Of a stretch of DNA of 64,000 bases, positions 39,176 through 48,046 are shown one piece after another. A program made the position numbers and the translations under genes. The stretch lies in the IMG/VR virus record IMGVR_UViG_3300021960_009431; one strand, 5' to 3'. The notes beneath the pieces were generated by a model, which saw only the letters and a program-made list of their open reading frames with translations, did not search any database and was not told where the DNA came from. Every line of letters begins with the position of its first letter. Position 1 is the stretch's first letter. Source of the DNA: a virus.

Positions 39176-39749
39176 TATATTTTCTACACCTATTTTTCAC
39201 ACTAAATTAAATACAATGTGTGACGATAGGATAAAAATGACTCTTGATTTAGTTTCTAATTATGATTATTCGGGAAGAGAGCCTGCGACTCATTCGAGTA
39301 TATTTCACCACCCCCATCTTCTTGATGTAAAAAGAGAGATACAAGATTTAGTATTAGGATTTGGAAAAAACGTTTTTAATCATTTAATAGACGGGATTGA
39401 AATAACAAACTCTTGGTCAAATAATATGTTTAATGGTAAATCAATCGATACACATTTTCATGCTAACAGTTACATTAGCGGGTCTGTTTATCTCTCTCAC
39501 GGCACACCTATCACATTTTATGATTCTAATGAATTATTTTGTATACAACCAAAATCAATAGAAAATGAATATAAAATTTCACCTTCACCTGGGGACCTAG
39601 TATTATTTCCTTCTAAGTTAAAACATGGAGTTCATCAGGAAGAAAATGCTCCTACAAGATATTCTATAGCCTTTAATACTTTTCCAACTAGAAATATCGA
39701 CGGGGTTAACAGTATAGATTCTTTTGTTAAAGATCCTTATTTTTTGTAG
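39159..39749 (+). CDS. Putative 2OG-Fe(II) oxygenase (TIGR02466-like)
   Basis: SWSN...HFHANSYISG...LFPSKLKHGV...RYSIAFN. Confidence 0.85.
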   Translation: MSPVINIFSTPIFHTKLNTMCDDRIKMTLDLVSNYDYSGREPATHSSIFHHPHLLDVKREIQDLVLGFGKNVFNHLIDGIEITNSWSNNMFNGKSIDTHFHANSYISGSVYLSHGTPITFYDSNELFCIQPKSIENEYKISPSPGDLVLFPSKLKHGVHQEENAPTRYSIAFNTFPTRNIDGVNSIDSFVKDPYFL

Positions 39750-40293
39750 CTCTTACATATTCAATGTAATTATGTAAGCGACCTCTTCTCCATCCGGTAG
39801 GAATTTCTCCGTAACATCTTTTCTCTTCTTTTGTGAAAGCATTACAAATCCATATCCACCCACCTTTGTTATTATTATTTACTGATTTAAGAAGTTTAGT
39901 CTCTTCAGAATCAGTAACTCCTTCGCGATGGTGTTTATGGTATTTGTAATGCTCTTTTAATTTTTTAGAGACAGTTTCTTTGACATGATCCGGTCTAGGT
40001 TTTCCATATTGACTATTGCCTTCTCCAGATGTAGCTTCAGACATTTTACGACGAGTTTCCTCAGATCTGCGAACAGGACCTTTACGCTCAATACGCTTAG
40101 TTACCCAGTGATTAGGTTTAGCCTCAGATCTATTATATAACTCACATTTATATTGTTTTTTATACATTTCTGCACGAATCAGTAGCTTCTCAAGCACAGA
40201 ATTTGATTCAAGAAGCTCAAGATTTCGAGTATTTTGCATAGATTCTTCGAGAATTAGCTGATTTTCATTGGAATTATAATACAAATAAAACAT
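39727..40293 (-). CDS. NUMOD3-repeat DNA-binding protein (degenerate homing-endonuclease-like)
   Basis: SEETRRKMSEA..GEGNSQYGK and SEETKLLKS repeats; WICN...IPTGWRRGR tail; no intact nuclease motif. Confidence 0.7.
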   Translation of the reverse strand: MFYLYYNSNENQLILEESMQNTRNLELLESNSVLEKLLIRAEMYKKQYKCELYNRSEAKPNHWVTKRIERKGPVRRSEETRRKMSEATSGEGNSQYGKPRPDHVKETVSKKLKEHYKYHKHHREGVTDSEETKLLKSVNNNNKGGWIWICNAFTKEEKRCYGEIPTGWRRGRLHNYIEYVRATKNKDL

Positions 40294-40362
40294 AACTTAT
40301 TGATATCTAATGAAACCTTTTTTCATAAAACAGTTGCTATTAAAGTATTTAGTTCATATAAT
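40293..40362 (+). promoter_or_regulatory. IHF-consensus box plus sigma70 early promoter
   Basis: TAACTTATTGATA (40293); TTGCTA-N17-TATAAT (40334-40362). Confidence 0.75.
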
Positions 40363-40389
40363 ATATGTATGTTAAGAGGAGATATAAAA

Positions 40390-40800
40390 ATGGAATTTAC
40401 TTATTGCGATGATACTTTCAGCGATCTTTTTAAAGATGTAAATGGCTTTCGTCCTAGAGGTTCTTTAATGCAAGAATGGGAAGATCGTACTCCCCGTCAG
40501 AAGCAAGAGCTTTGGAATGCTCTTTGTGATGAGCTTGCAGATAACGAGAAAGCTGATCGTAAAGCTGAGGTAGAAGCTATTGAACGCTTCGAAGCTCGTA
40601 TTCAAGATGTAATTGGTCTTGGTGCTGGTGATCATAAGACAGCTCTTCGTTGGATTTCTTCTCAAGAAACTTTCTATCACGAACAATGTGTAGAGCATTT
40701 TGTTTGGGAACAAGGTGTCTTGTTTACAGACTATGGTCGTAAGCTTATTAAAGAGCTTGCTGAAGTAGTAACTTATAAAGAAATGGACTGGGCTGCATAG
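40390..40800 (+). CDS. Early hypothetical protein
   Basis: GAGGAG RBS then ATG 40390; SDLFKDVNGFRPRG motif common in T4-like early genes. Confidence 0.65.
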   Translation: MEFTYCDDTFSDLFKDVNGFRPRGSLMQEWEDRTPRQKQELWNALCDELADNEKADRKAEVEAIERFEARIQDVIGLGAGDHKTALRWISSQETFYHEQCVEHFVWEQGVLFTDYGRKLIKELAEVVTYKEMDWAA

Positions 40801-40967
40801 TGGAGCAAATATATGAATGGGCGTATAATAAATACAATTATACGCCTTTAGAATTTAGAAAAGCGTGTTGTGAGGGGAGATTGTCCGCACATGAATATTA
40901 CATTGACAAAGGGTACTTCGATGACGATGAACTCAGACAAATGGGAATACCGACTAAAGCATCTTGA
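40800..40967 (+). CDS. Small hypothetical protein (55 aa)
   Basis: GTG overlapping upstream stop; open to TGA 40967. Confidence 0.4.
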   Translation: MEQIYEWAYNKYNYTPLEFRKACCEGRLSAHEYYIDKGYFDDDELRQMGIPTKAS

Positions 40968-41109
40968 ATTAACTCATCTTGAGCTTGACTCGCGAATCAA
41001 AAAAATGGAACAATTGCATGAAAATGATTTGCTTATTAGACAAATGAAAAAGCAAAAGCTAAAATTAAAAGAGCAGATTGAAAATATCCGAAAAGATTTA
41101 GATTTTTAG
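40921..41109 (+). CDS. DUF465/YdcH-like coiled-coil protein
   Basis: HLELDSRI...MKKQKLKLKEQI. Confidence 0.7.
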   Translation: MTMNSDKWEYRLKHLELTHLELDSRIKKMEQLHENDLLIRQMKKQKLKLKEQIENIRKDLDF

Positions 41110-41119
41110 TAAAAAACAG

Positions 41120-41148
41120 TTGCACTTTAATTCTATTGAGACTAGTAT
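41120..41148 (+). promoter_or_regulatory. sigma70-type early promoter
   Basis: AAAAACAG-TTGCAC-N17-TAGTAT, GAGGAG RBS downstream. Confidence 0.7.
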
Positions 41149-41173
41149 AAGTTATCAATAGAGGAGATATATT

Positions 41174-41380
41174 ATGGTTGATTTGTACGAAGATATCGAT
41201 AAGTTAGGTGAAATACTTCAACTTCTAGGTAAGCGCAATGAAGCTGATACCTTCATGGCTTATCATTCTATTTCTGAGCTTCTTAAAAAGAAAGCTAAAA
41301 TGGTAAATAAATTTGAGCGAGAGCTCGATGCTGAATATGCGATCATTGAAGCTGGTCTTGGAGAAGGGCAGGTAGTATAA
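41174..41380 (+). CDS. Early hypothetical protein
   Basis: Strong RBS, first gene after promoter. Confidence 0.6.
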   Translation: MVDLYEDIDKLGEILQLLGKRNEADTFMAYHSISELLKKKAKMVNKFERELDAEYAIIEAGLGEGQVV

Positions 41381-41547
41381 TGTGGTGGGTTGAAGTAAGG
41401 TTCGATATGAAAGGCAGAGAACGTTGGGAGGGCTTGACCTATGATCAAGCTCACTCAGTTTATGGTAAATACTCAGGACGTAAAGCTAATGCTTGGTATG
41501 TACGAATGGGTCAAATGGAGGAAACTAATGTTAGCTTATTGCGATAA
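41380..41547 (+). CDS. Small hypothetical protein (55 aa)
   Basis: TAATG coupling; MWWVEVRF... Confidence 0.45.
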   Translation: MWWVEVRFDMKGRERWEGLTYDQAHSVYGKYSGRKANAWYVRMGQMEETNVSLLR

Positions 41548-41737
41548 AATTGCTGACTTAATTCATAAATCTCTATTAAAGTTCGACCCTGATGGTATTG
41601 TTGGCTTTGTGAATGGTGTTAGTATGGATCTTCATCCTTCTGATGGATATCTTGTTTCTACTAAAAAAACTATCAAGGTTTCTGATATGAATGGCAAATG
41701 GTATAAAATTTCTGTAGAAGAAATAGATGCTAACTAA
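41528..41737 (+). CDS. Hypothetical protein
   Basis: GGAGG RBS before ATG 41528. Confidence 0.55.
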   Translation: MLAYCDKIADLIHKSLLKFDPDGIVGFVNGVSMDLHPSDGYLVSTKKTIKVSDMNGKWYKISVEEIDAN

Positions 41738-42146
41738 TATAGATAACATATTAGATGCTGATATTGCTCACCCAGTTATTAAGAAGGCAGCTAGAAAACT
41801 GAAAAAAGATCAGTACTTCATGCCTTCTGAATTCTTTTTAAAATTAACTCGTCATGACTCAGAAGTTCTTGGTGAAATGGCAGCTATTTTAACTGATGAA
41901 GAGATTCCTGATGCACAAAAAGGAGACGAGTATAATAATATTATTTTATTAGCATCTATTCTCTCTATGGCTGAAGGAGTTTATCTTGAAACAGAAGACG
42001 ATGCTTTTGAAGCTACGAGAATGGCAGCAATAATGTGTATTGCAAATCATTTACATCGTAGAGGACATGTAGCTTGTTATTTTGATAACTTTACATTTGG
42101 TCCTGAAGGTTTAGAAAAAGTTATTATGGAGAGAATTAATGAGTAA
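41727..42146 (+). CDS. Hypothetical protein
   Basis: Coupled ORF, 139 aa. Confidence 0.55.
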   Translation: MLTNIDNILDADIAHPVIKKAARKLKKDQYFMPSEFFLKLTRHDSEVLGEMAAILTDEEIPDAQKGDEYNNIILLASILSMAEGVYLETEDDAFEATRMAAIMCIANHLHRRGHVACYFDNFTFGPEGLEKVIMERINE

Positions 42147-42519
42147 GCTTGATAAGGTTGTGATAGGTGGAATATATCAATATGTTCATGAGTCAGGTGA
42201 TATAGTTTACAGAGGAAGTACAACTCATAAAGAAAATCGTTACGGTACTATTTTAGAAAATGTAGATAGTTGGCATCGTCAAGGTGAACGATTTAAAAGT
42301 AATTGGAAATATTCTTGGACAGTTTTTAGAAGTAACCTTCGAAGACCGTTTGGTGATAAAGTAACTATTGAATGGTGTGTAGAACCAAAAGAAATGATGT
42401 ATGGTGAATTACTAGAATTAGAAGGTAACAAAATAAGAGAAGGTCATGATATAGGTCAATGTTATCTTAATCATGATCCTGACCCACTAGCAACTTGGAA
42501 AAAATATAACAAAGGATAA
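42139..42519 (+). CDS. GIY-YIG-like nuclease domain protein
   Basis: GGIYQY...IVYRGST, E...CYLN. Confidence 0.5.
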   Translation: MSKLDKVVIGGIYQYVHESGDIVYRGSTTHKENRYGTILENVDSWHRQGERFKSNWKYSWTVFRSNLRRPFGDKVTIEWCVEPKEMMYGELLELEGNKIREGHDIGQCYLNHDPDPLATWKKYNKG

Positions 42520-42537
42520 AAATGATCCAGGAGACTT

Positions 42538-42759
42538 ATGAATCTGACTTTATTGAAATGGGCTGCAACATTGACTCTAATAGTAGGAGCAACAACCGCA
42601 GCACTAAACATATATCCAATGTACATAATTCTGAACACATTTGGCGGGATATTGTGGACTACTGCAGGAATTATTATGAAGGACAAGCCGCTGATAGCGA
42701 CAAATAGTTGTTTAACTTTAATTTATGGTTTAGGTGCATTATATGCGATTTATATTTGA
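42538..42759 (+). CDS. Small multi-TM membrane protein
   Basis: LKWAAT...NIYP...KDKPLIATN; AGGAG RBS. Confidence 0.6.
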   Translation: MNLTLLKWAATLTLIVGATTAALNIYPMYIILNTFGGILWTTAGIIMKDKPLIATNSCLTLIYGLGALYAIYI

Positions 42760-43462
42760 TGTTGACGGTACATTAACTCCTAGTAGACAGCGCATAGATT
42801 TAGGCTTCGAAAAATATTTCATGGACTTCTGCGAAGATAATGAAGTATATTTTGTTACTGGATCAGATAGACAAAAGACTTTGGATCAGCTCGGCGTTGA
42901 AATATACGACCGAGCTGTTCGTGTATATAATTGTTCAGGTAATAGTGTATGGGAAAAAGATGTCTGTGTGCACGGAAAAACCTGGGTTCCTGAACCTGAA
43001 GTCTATGATGAGTTAATCTATCTTATGATGGATACAAAATACCCTTATGAATTTACTGGACGTCATATTGAAGGAAGACCTGGCTGTCTTAACTTTTCTG
43101 TAGTTGGACGAAATGCTGATTGGCTTCATAGACAAAAGTATAAAGAGTTTGATAAAAAGAATAATGAACGTGCAATGATGGTAGAACGGTTTAACTCTAA
43201 GTTTCCTGACCTTCAAGCTACTATAGGAGGAGAAACTGGTCTTGATATTTTTCCTAAAGGATGGGATAAAAGTCAAATAGCTAAAATGCATTTTGAAGAT
43301 TGCTCAGATGTTTATTTCTTCGGTGATAAAATGGAAGAAGGAGGTAATGACCTTACTCTTGCTGAAGAAGTAATAAAAAGAGGGGGTCAAGTTTTTGCTG
43401 TAACCGATTATATGGATACTTGGGACACTCTCCTAACTCTCAATACTAATTTTGATAAATAA
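42743..43462 (+). CDS. HAD-IIB phosphomannomutase (eukaryotic PMM-like)
   Basis: FDVDGTLTPSR, VTGSD, NFSVVGRNA, GGETGLDIFPKGWDK, FFGDKM..GGND. Confidence 0.85.
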   Translation: MRFIFDVDGTLTPSRQRIDLGFEKYFMDFCEDNEVYFVTGSDRQKTLDQLGVEIYDRAVRVYNCSGNSVWEKDVCVHGKTWVPEPEVYDELIYLMMDTKYPYEFTGRHIEGRPGCLNFSVVGRNADWLHRQKYKEFDKKNNERAMMVERFNSKFPDLQATIGGETGLDIFPKGWDKSQIAKMHFEDCSDVYFFGDKMEEGGNDLTLAEEVIKRGGQVFAVTDYMDTWDTLLTLNTNFDK

Positions 43463-43529
43463 CTAAAACTGATTGAAGTTCTAAGATATACTATGGATTT
43501 ACTAACTTTAATAGTAGAAAGTAGTATGA

Positions 43530-44012
43530 ATGATAGATCCAGTAACAGCAATAGCTGGTGCTACCGCAGCTTATAATGGTATTAAGAAAGCGATTGGCGT
43601 CGGCAAAGAATTACATGATATGGCAGGCACATTGAGTCAATGGGCTGGCGCAATGTCTGATTTAGATTTTTCTCATAGTCAGGCAGAAAATCCACCATTG
43701 TTCAAGAAAATATTTGGTGCAAGCCAAGTAGAACAATCCGCATTAGAAGCATGGGGACATAAGCAAAAAGCTAAGGAGATGCGTGAGGAGCTTCGTTCTC
43801 ACATTTCTCTGTTTTATGGACCCTCAGCCTGGGATGAAATAGTACGTATTGAAGGAGATATGCGTAAAAAGCGTAGAGAGCAAGTTTACGCTGCTGAAGA
43901 GAGAAAACAAAAAATAATTGAATGGACCGTTGGTTTATTGCTAGCCGTAGCTTTATCAGCAGTATTAGGTTTTATTATTTACATGATAGGATTAGGTAAC
44001 GGTTCTTGGTAG
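43530..44012 (+). CDS. Conserved marine phage membrane-anchored protein
   Basis: MIDPVTAIAGATAAY...; C-terminal TM; ATAAATA upstream at 43455. Confidence 0.6.
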   Translation: MIDPVTAIAGATAAYNGIKKAIGVGKELHDMAGTLSQWAGAMSDLDFSHSQAENPPLFKKIFGASQVEQSALEAWGHKQKAKEMREELRSHISLFYGPSAWDEIVRIEGDMRKKRREQVYAAEERKQKIIEWTVGLLLAVALSAVLGFIIYMIGLGNGSW

Positions 44013-44194
44013 AGTTAGCGCTATCAATAGTAGCAGCTACTCATATATGGATTAACGGTAGTAACGTTTTAGTTAAAGTGTGTAAATATTATGCCGAACG
44101 AGATATAAGTAGATTGTATTATCATTTTCCATACACAGTAACGATAGGTTATGATCAAAGATGTCCTCTAAAAATAAAAGTACCCAAAAAGTAG
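44006..44194 (+). CDS. Small hypothetical protein
   Basis: Coupled ORF. Confidence 0.4.
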   Translation: MVELALSIVAATHIWINGSNVLVKVCKYYAERDISRLYYHFPYTVTIGYDQRCPLKIKVPKK

Positions 44195-44397
44195 GGATTA
44201 TTAAAAGAATATTTAGTGATGAGTATGTGATTACAATATGGATAGAGGGAACAATAGGTAAAGAAAAAAATGTGTTTCACCTATCTGAGCTTAACAAGCT
44301 AACAAATACTCACTTAAAAGGTAAAGATATGCAAGGGCATGGCATTGAGTACAAATCAGTCAAGCCTTTTGATTACTTAGTTAAAAAGATTTATTAA
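44161..44397 (+). CDS. Small hypothetical protein
   Basis: Coupled ORF. Confidence 0.5.
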   Translation: MSSKNKSTQKVGIIKRIFSDEYVITIWIEGTIGKEKNVFHLSELNKLTNTHLKGKDMQGHGIEYKSVKPFDYLVKKIY

Positions 44398-44537
44398 TGC
44401 GTTGGTATGATTATGCAGTATGTATTTGGTTTGCTTGGCAGATAGCCGGAGGGTTATTTTATCTTAATTTAGTGACGATAATTTTTGGAATGATTGGATA
44501 TAAATTATATGAGGATTACAGAGTCGGAAAGTTCTGA
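44397..44537 (+). CDS. Small membrane protein (46 aa)
   Basis: TAATG coupling; MRWYDYAVCIWFAWQIAGG... Confidence 0.45.
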   Translation: MRWYDYAVCIWFAWQIAGGLFYLNLVTIIFGMIGYKLYEDYRVGKF

Positions 44538-44862
44538 GGATCTAAATAATAGATCTTCAACAGCAATAACGGAAAATTTGCTTAATACTTATTTCTTCAA
44601 ACAAGTTAAAATTAATATTAACTTGGCTGTTCCCCTCTATCTAATAGCTGCATATGCCTACTATATAGAAGATGATCCTTTAATTTCAGATGACTGTTTC
44701 GATTGGTTAGCTAAATTATTAAAAGAGCATTGGGAAGAGATTACTCATTATCATAAAAAATATCTTACTCTCGATGATCTTAATGCCGGGACATTCCTTG
44801 GCGAGTACCCTTCAATAGTGAAAGGTGCTGTAAGTGATTTGAGAATAAGTAATGTCTTATGA
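44494..44862 (+). CDS. Stand-alone NAD-ligase domain Ia-like protein
   Basis: AYAYYIEDDPLISDDCFD matches LigA Ia YY..D.P.I.D..YD; start probably downstream (TTG near 44578). Confidence 0.7.
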   Translation: MDINYMRITESESSEDLNNRSSTAITENLLNTYFFKQVKININLAVPLYLIAAYAYYIEDDPLISDDCFDWLAKLLKEHWEEITHYHKKYLTLDDLNAGTFLGEYPSIVKGAVSDLRISNVL

Positions 44863-45076
44863 AGATGATAGTTTAAAAGAATCAGCTAGATTGTTCTGGT
44901 TGATAAAGGGTCATTTAAAAACTACGGATGATACTTTAAGAAGTAGTCATAACAGTTATTTTAAACGCCTCTGGGTAGCTGGGTCTAACGGAGCTCCTTT
45001 ATATGAGTATGAAGATGGTTTTGAAGAAGCTTGGATAGAGTATCAAAACAATGTATCTCACAAAGAAAAGAAATAA
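44852..45076 (+). CDS. Hypothetical protein
   Basis: Coupled ORF. Confidence 0.5.
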   Translation: MSYEDDSLKESARLFWLIKGHLKTTDDTLRSSHNSYFKRLWVAGSNGAPLYEYEDGFEEAWIEYQNNVSHKEKK

Positions 45077-45159
45077 ATATATTTTATATGATCTTAATGA
45101 AAAGATACTAATAATTACATCTCATAAAGGTGTAGTGAAAGAAATAATGGAAGCACAGC

Positions 45160-45861
45160 GTGATGTTGAAAATAAACAATCAGTATTTAAATCCAGTGAT
45201 ATTGATTCCGGCGAGATATGATTCTTCGCGCTTTCCTGGTAAACCTTTAACTCTCTTAAATAATAAACCAATGGTGTCGATGGTATACGATAAATGTATA
45301 GCATCTGGTTTTGATGTGTTTGTAGTTACTGATAGCAGACAAGTATCTCATTGTATACCTTATAAACATGTAATATTTACTGATGATGCTTTTAATGGTA
45401 CAGAGAGATGTAAGTTAGCATTAGCAAATGAAAAATTAATGCAATATGATACTATTATTAACGTTCAAGGGGACATGCCAGACATTACTCCTGATATTAT
45501 TCATTCAGTTTATAATTGTTTAAAACAAGGTTGGGATATTGCAACTGCTTATACAGAGATGCCTGAGCATCTTCTCTCTGACCCTAATTCAGTTAAATTA
45601 ATTCATAATACCTCATTTGCAAACTGGTTTGGAAGAGGAACTAATTATGGTTCTCATCATCTAGGTGTATATGGCTATACTAGAGATATTCTCAAACATT
45701 ACCCTAAAGAAGAATCTAAGCATGAGAAAATAGAAAAACTCGAGCAACTCCGTTGGCTTGATTCAGGCACAACTATTGGAGTAACTCGAGTCGATTTTAA
45801 CGGTATTGAGATCAACTCTCCAGAAGATGTTGATCGATGGCATGCTAACCAATCTTCATAA
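45160..45861 (+). CDS. kdsB: 3-deoxy-manno-octulosonate cytidylyltransferase (CMP-Kdo synthetase)
   Basis: IPARYDSSRFPGKPL, NGTERC, INVQGDMP, HLGVYGY, EKLEQLRWL. Confidence 0.9.
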   Translation: MMLKINNQYLNPVILIPARYDSSRFPGKPLTLLNNKPMVSMVYDKCIASGFDVFVVTDSRQVSHCIPYKHVIFTDDAFNGTERCKLALANEKLMQYDTIINVQGDMPDITPDIIHSVYNCLKQGWDIATAYTEMPEHLLSDPNSVKLIHNTSFANWFGRGTNYGSHHLGVYGYTRDILKHYPKEESKHEKIEKLEQLRWLDSGTTIGVTRVDFNGIEINSPEDVDRWHANQSS

Positions 45862-46327
45862 GAAACTGACCTATTCTACCTACAAACGGTAATAGAGCTA
45901 AAGCCATTATTAAATTCATTCCTGTATGTGCTACTGCTATTCGTAACGTATCCCCTTTAGGCATACCATCTGATACAAAGAATCCAGCAAGCCATATTGT
46001 TCCTGTAGTCCCTATGTTAGCTCCTAACACAGCAGCTACAGCAGCAGGTAAAGGAAGAGCTCCAGATGCTACTAATGCAATAATTGCTGTAGTTGATAAT
46101 GATGACGATTGCCATAATAAAGTCATGACTATTCCACCGATAAACATATAAATCGGATTACCTAAAAAGAATTGTAGGTGGTCCATATTACCCATTGACT
46201 TCATACCTCCTGAGAAAGTTTTGAGGCCAATATAAAAAATCACCAGTCCAACAAGAGCGGTGATTACGGGGTTTCCTAGATCCATTTTCTTTACCTTTTT
46301 CCATAGTTTATTTGCTTTATTACTCAT
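45845..46327 (-). CDS. Na+/Pi cotransporter family protein (single repeat)
   Basis: WQSSSLST, LGANIGTT motifs; multiple TMs; AGAGG RBS on minus strand. Confidence 0.85.
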   Translation of the reverse strand: MSNKANKLWKKVKKMDLGNPVITALVGLVIFYIGLKTFSGGMKSMGNMDHLQFFLGNPIYMFIGGIVMTLLWQSSSLSTTAIIALVASGALPLPAAVAAVLGANIGTTGTIWLAGFFVSDGMPKGDTLRIAVAHTGMNLIMALALLPFVGRIGQFLMKIG

Positions 46328-46402
46328 TGATACCTCTTAAATAACCAATATAGTAATTTAGGCTGTCTAGTATATAAATTCATAAAACTTTCATATTTCT
46401 AC

Positions 46403-46472
46403 TAACTCCTTGTAAACAAATAAAACCTTTTTTCACAAAACAGTTGCATTACGCCTTAGAATATACTATATT
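46403..46472 (+). promoter_or_regulatory. Degenerate IHF-like box plus sigma70 early promoter
   Basis: TAACTCCTTGTAA (46403); TTGCAT-N17-TATATT (46444-46472). Confidence 0.7.
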
Positions 46473-46499
46473 ATATGTATAGAAAGAAGGAGATATCAA

Positions 46500-46766
46500 A
46501 TGATCAAGTCAATCTGGTGCGAAGATGTAACAATACCTGCAGAGATGAAAGCAGGCTCTCGCTTGACTTATAATTATATTTCAGGTGGAAGCTATCCTGA
46601 TTATAACTTCTCTGAAGTATCATCTTTTATTGCAATTGCTGAGCAATCAGATATTGAACGTGCTGTAGAGTCTCTTTTGACTCAAGCTGATGATCATAAC
46701 CATGTCTTTATCGAAGGTTTTGATCGTAAAGAAGATGGATCATTTGAAGTCGTATTAGGTTCTTAA
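46500..46766 (+). CDS. Early hypothetical protein
   Basis: AAGGAG RBS; HNHVFIEGF...LGS end. Confidence 0.6.
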   Translation: MIKSIWCEDVTIPAEMKAGSRLTYNYISGGSYPDYNFSEVSSFIAIAEQSDIERAVESLLTQADDHNHVFIEGFDRKEDGSFEVVLGS

Positions 46767-46779
46767 GAGGAGATATAGA

Positions 46780-47169
46780 ATGACTGATAGTTTATATATG
46801 AATGTTAAAGATGGAATTACATATGAAGAAGCAATGAACTTTAAGTTTATTCCTGTAAGCGCTGAACAAGCTGAGTTAATTACTAGAGCTGATCGTTCAC
46901 ATTTTGATAAATCTGGAATCTATAGAGTGCTTTCAGGTTCTCGTGGAGTTATCGAAGAAGTTGTTCTTCAAGAAGGTAAGCTTGAAATCTTAACTAAAGA
47001 AGAAGCTACTCAATGTATGATTGACGATGATATGGATGAAGAAGAAATCCAAGGTGCAAAAGATTATATCGAGGAGTGGTATTATATAGATATTGATCCT
47101 GAATTTAGTGGAGCTCTTGTCTATGGTTATACCGAAGAAGATTATGATACTTTTGTACAAGTTATATAA
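46780..47169 (+). CDS. Acidic hypothetical protein
   Basis: GAGGAG RBS. Confidence 0.6.
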   Translation: MTDSLYMNVKDGITYEEAMNFKFIPVSAEQAELITRADRSHFDKSGIYRVLSGSRGVIEEVVLQEGKLEILTKEEATQCMIDDDMDEEEIQGAKDYIEEWYYIDIDPEFSGALVYGYTEEDYDTFVQVI

Positions 47170-47381
47170 TGTCAAAGTATGATAATCGTCATGGAGGTCC
47201 TTATGATCGAGGAGGAGCAGACAGCTATTATCGTCGTGGTTTGAGACCTCATTACTTTGTAGGTGATACATATCGATCTGAAGCTGTTATGGAAGATGGT
47301 ATGACATCTGAAGAAATAGAAGCTTACCTTGCCGGTTACGATGATAACGAAAAAATAGGAAATTATAAAGATTATGGTTAA
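47169..47381 (+). CDS. Conserved small phage protein
   Basis: RHGGPYDRGGADSYYRR...EAYLAGY motif. Confidence 0.65.
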   Translation: MSKYDNRHGGPYDRGGADSYYRRGLRPHYFVGDTYRSEAVMEDGMTSEEIEAYLAGYDDNEKIGNYKDYG

Positions 47382-47571
47382 AACTGTACACTATGTTGGA
47401 TTTAGAGGAGATGAGTACGTTCGTGCTCATCGCATCTTTGGTAGTCCTGCAATGATTCATAAAGTGTACGACACTCGAGTATTTACTGAAGTAGGTCATG
47501 ATGATGTAGTTATTTTCGGGCCTAAGTATAAGTATTCAGAATATGTATGGGACGCTAGTGGGGACTGCTAA
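47374..47571 (+). CDS. Conserved small phage protein
   Basis: VHYVGFRGDEY..A.RIFG.P..IH..YD.R motif. Confidence 0.6.
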   Translation: MVKTVHYVGFRGDEYVRAHRIFGSPAMIHKVYDTRVFTEVGHDDVVIFGPKYKYSEYVWDASGDC

Positions 47572-47789
47572 TGGAAGTAGTTTTTTTCGTTTTAATATTT
47601 TTTATCGGCGCTGTTGTATTTTTTACCTGGAGTGAATTGCAAGGCGTCGATAAAGTTATGTGGCAAAAAGATACTGAGATGAAACAAAAAGTCCGTAAGC
47701 TTGAGTCTGATATTGTAGATTTAAATCGTACTATCAGTGAATTAAAACATGAACTAGCAGAAAGTGAGAAAGAAGATGAACAGCTTTGA
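47571..47789 (+). CDS. Small TM plus coiled-coil protein
   Basis: Hydrophobic N-terminus, heptads. Confidence 0.5.
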   Translation: MEVVFFVLIFFIGAVVFFTWSELQGVDKVMWQKDTEMKQKVRKLESDIVDLNRTISELKHELAESEKEDEQL

Positions 47790-47863
47790 AAATTTGGTAA
47801 TGGAAGATATCTTAAAATGGAAATCACAAAAAGGAATCGATTTTGTTGCTGTTAAAGATTTAA

Positions 47864-48046
47864 TTGAAGCTTATTGGAAGGATTATTTTAATGGACAGCG
47901 GCTTGTTGGAAATGAGAATTTTGAATGCATCGGATAAGGCTGCTGAAGCTCGATATCGCGTAGTAGAGTTAGAGAAAACTGTAAGTGAGCTTTGTAAAAA
48001 AGTTTCTGAACTAGAAAAAGCTTTGAAAGATAATAATGCAGCTTAA
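47864..48046 (+). CDS. Small coiled-coil protein
   Basis: ORF track; start likely ATG 47891. Confidence 0.4.
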   Translation: MKLIGRIILMDSGLLEMRILNASDKAAEARYRVVELEKTVSELCKKVSELEKALKDNNAA

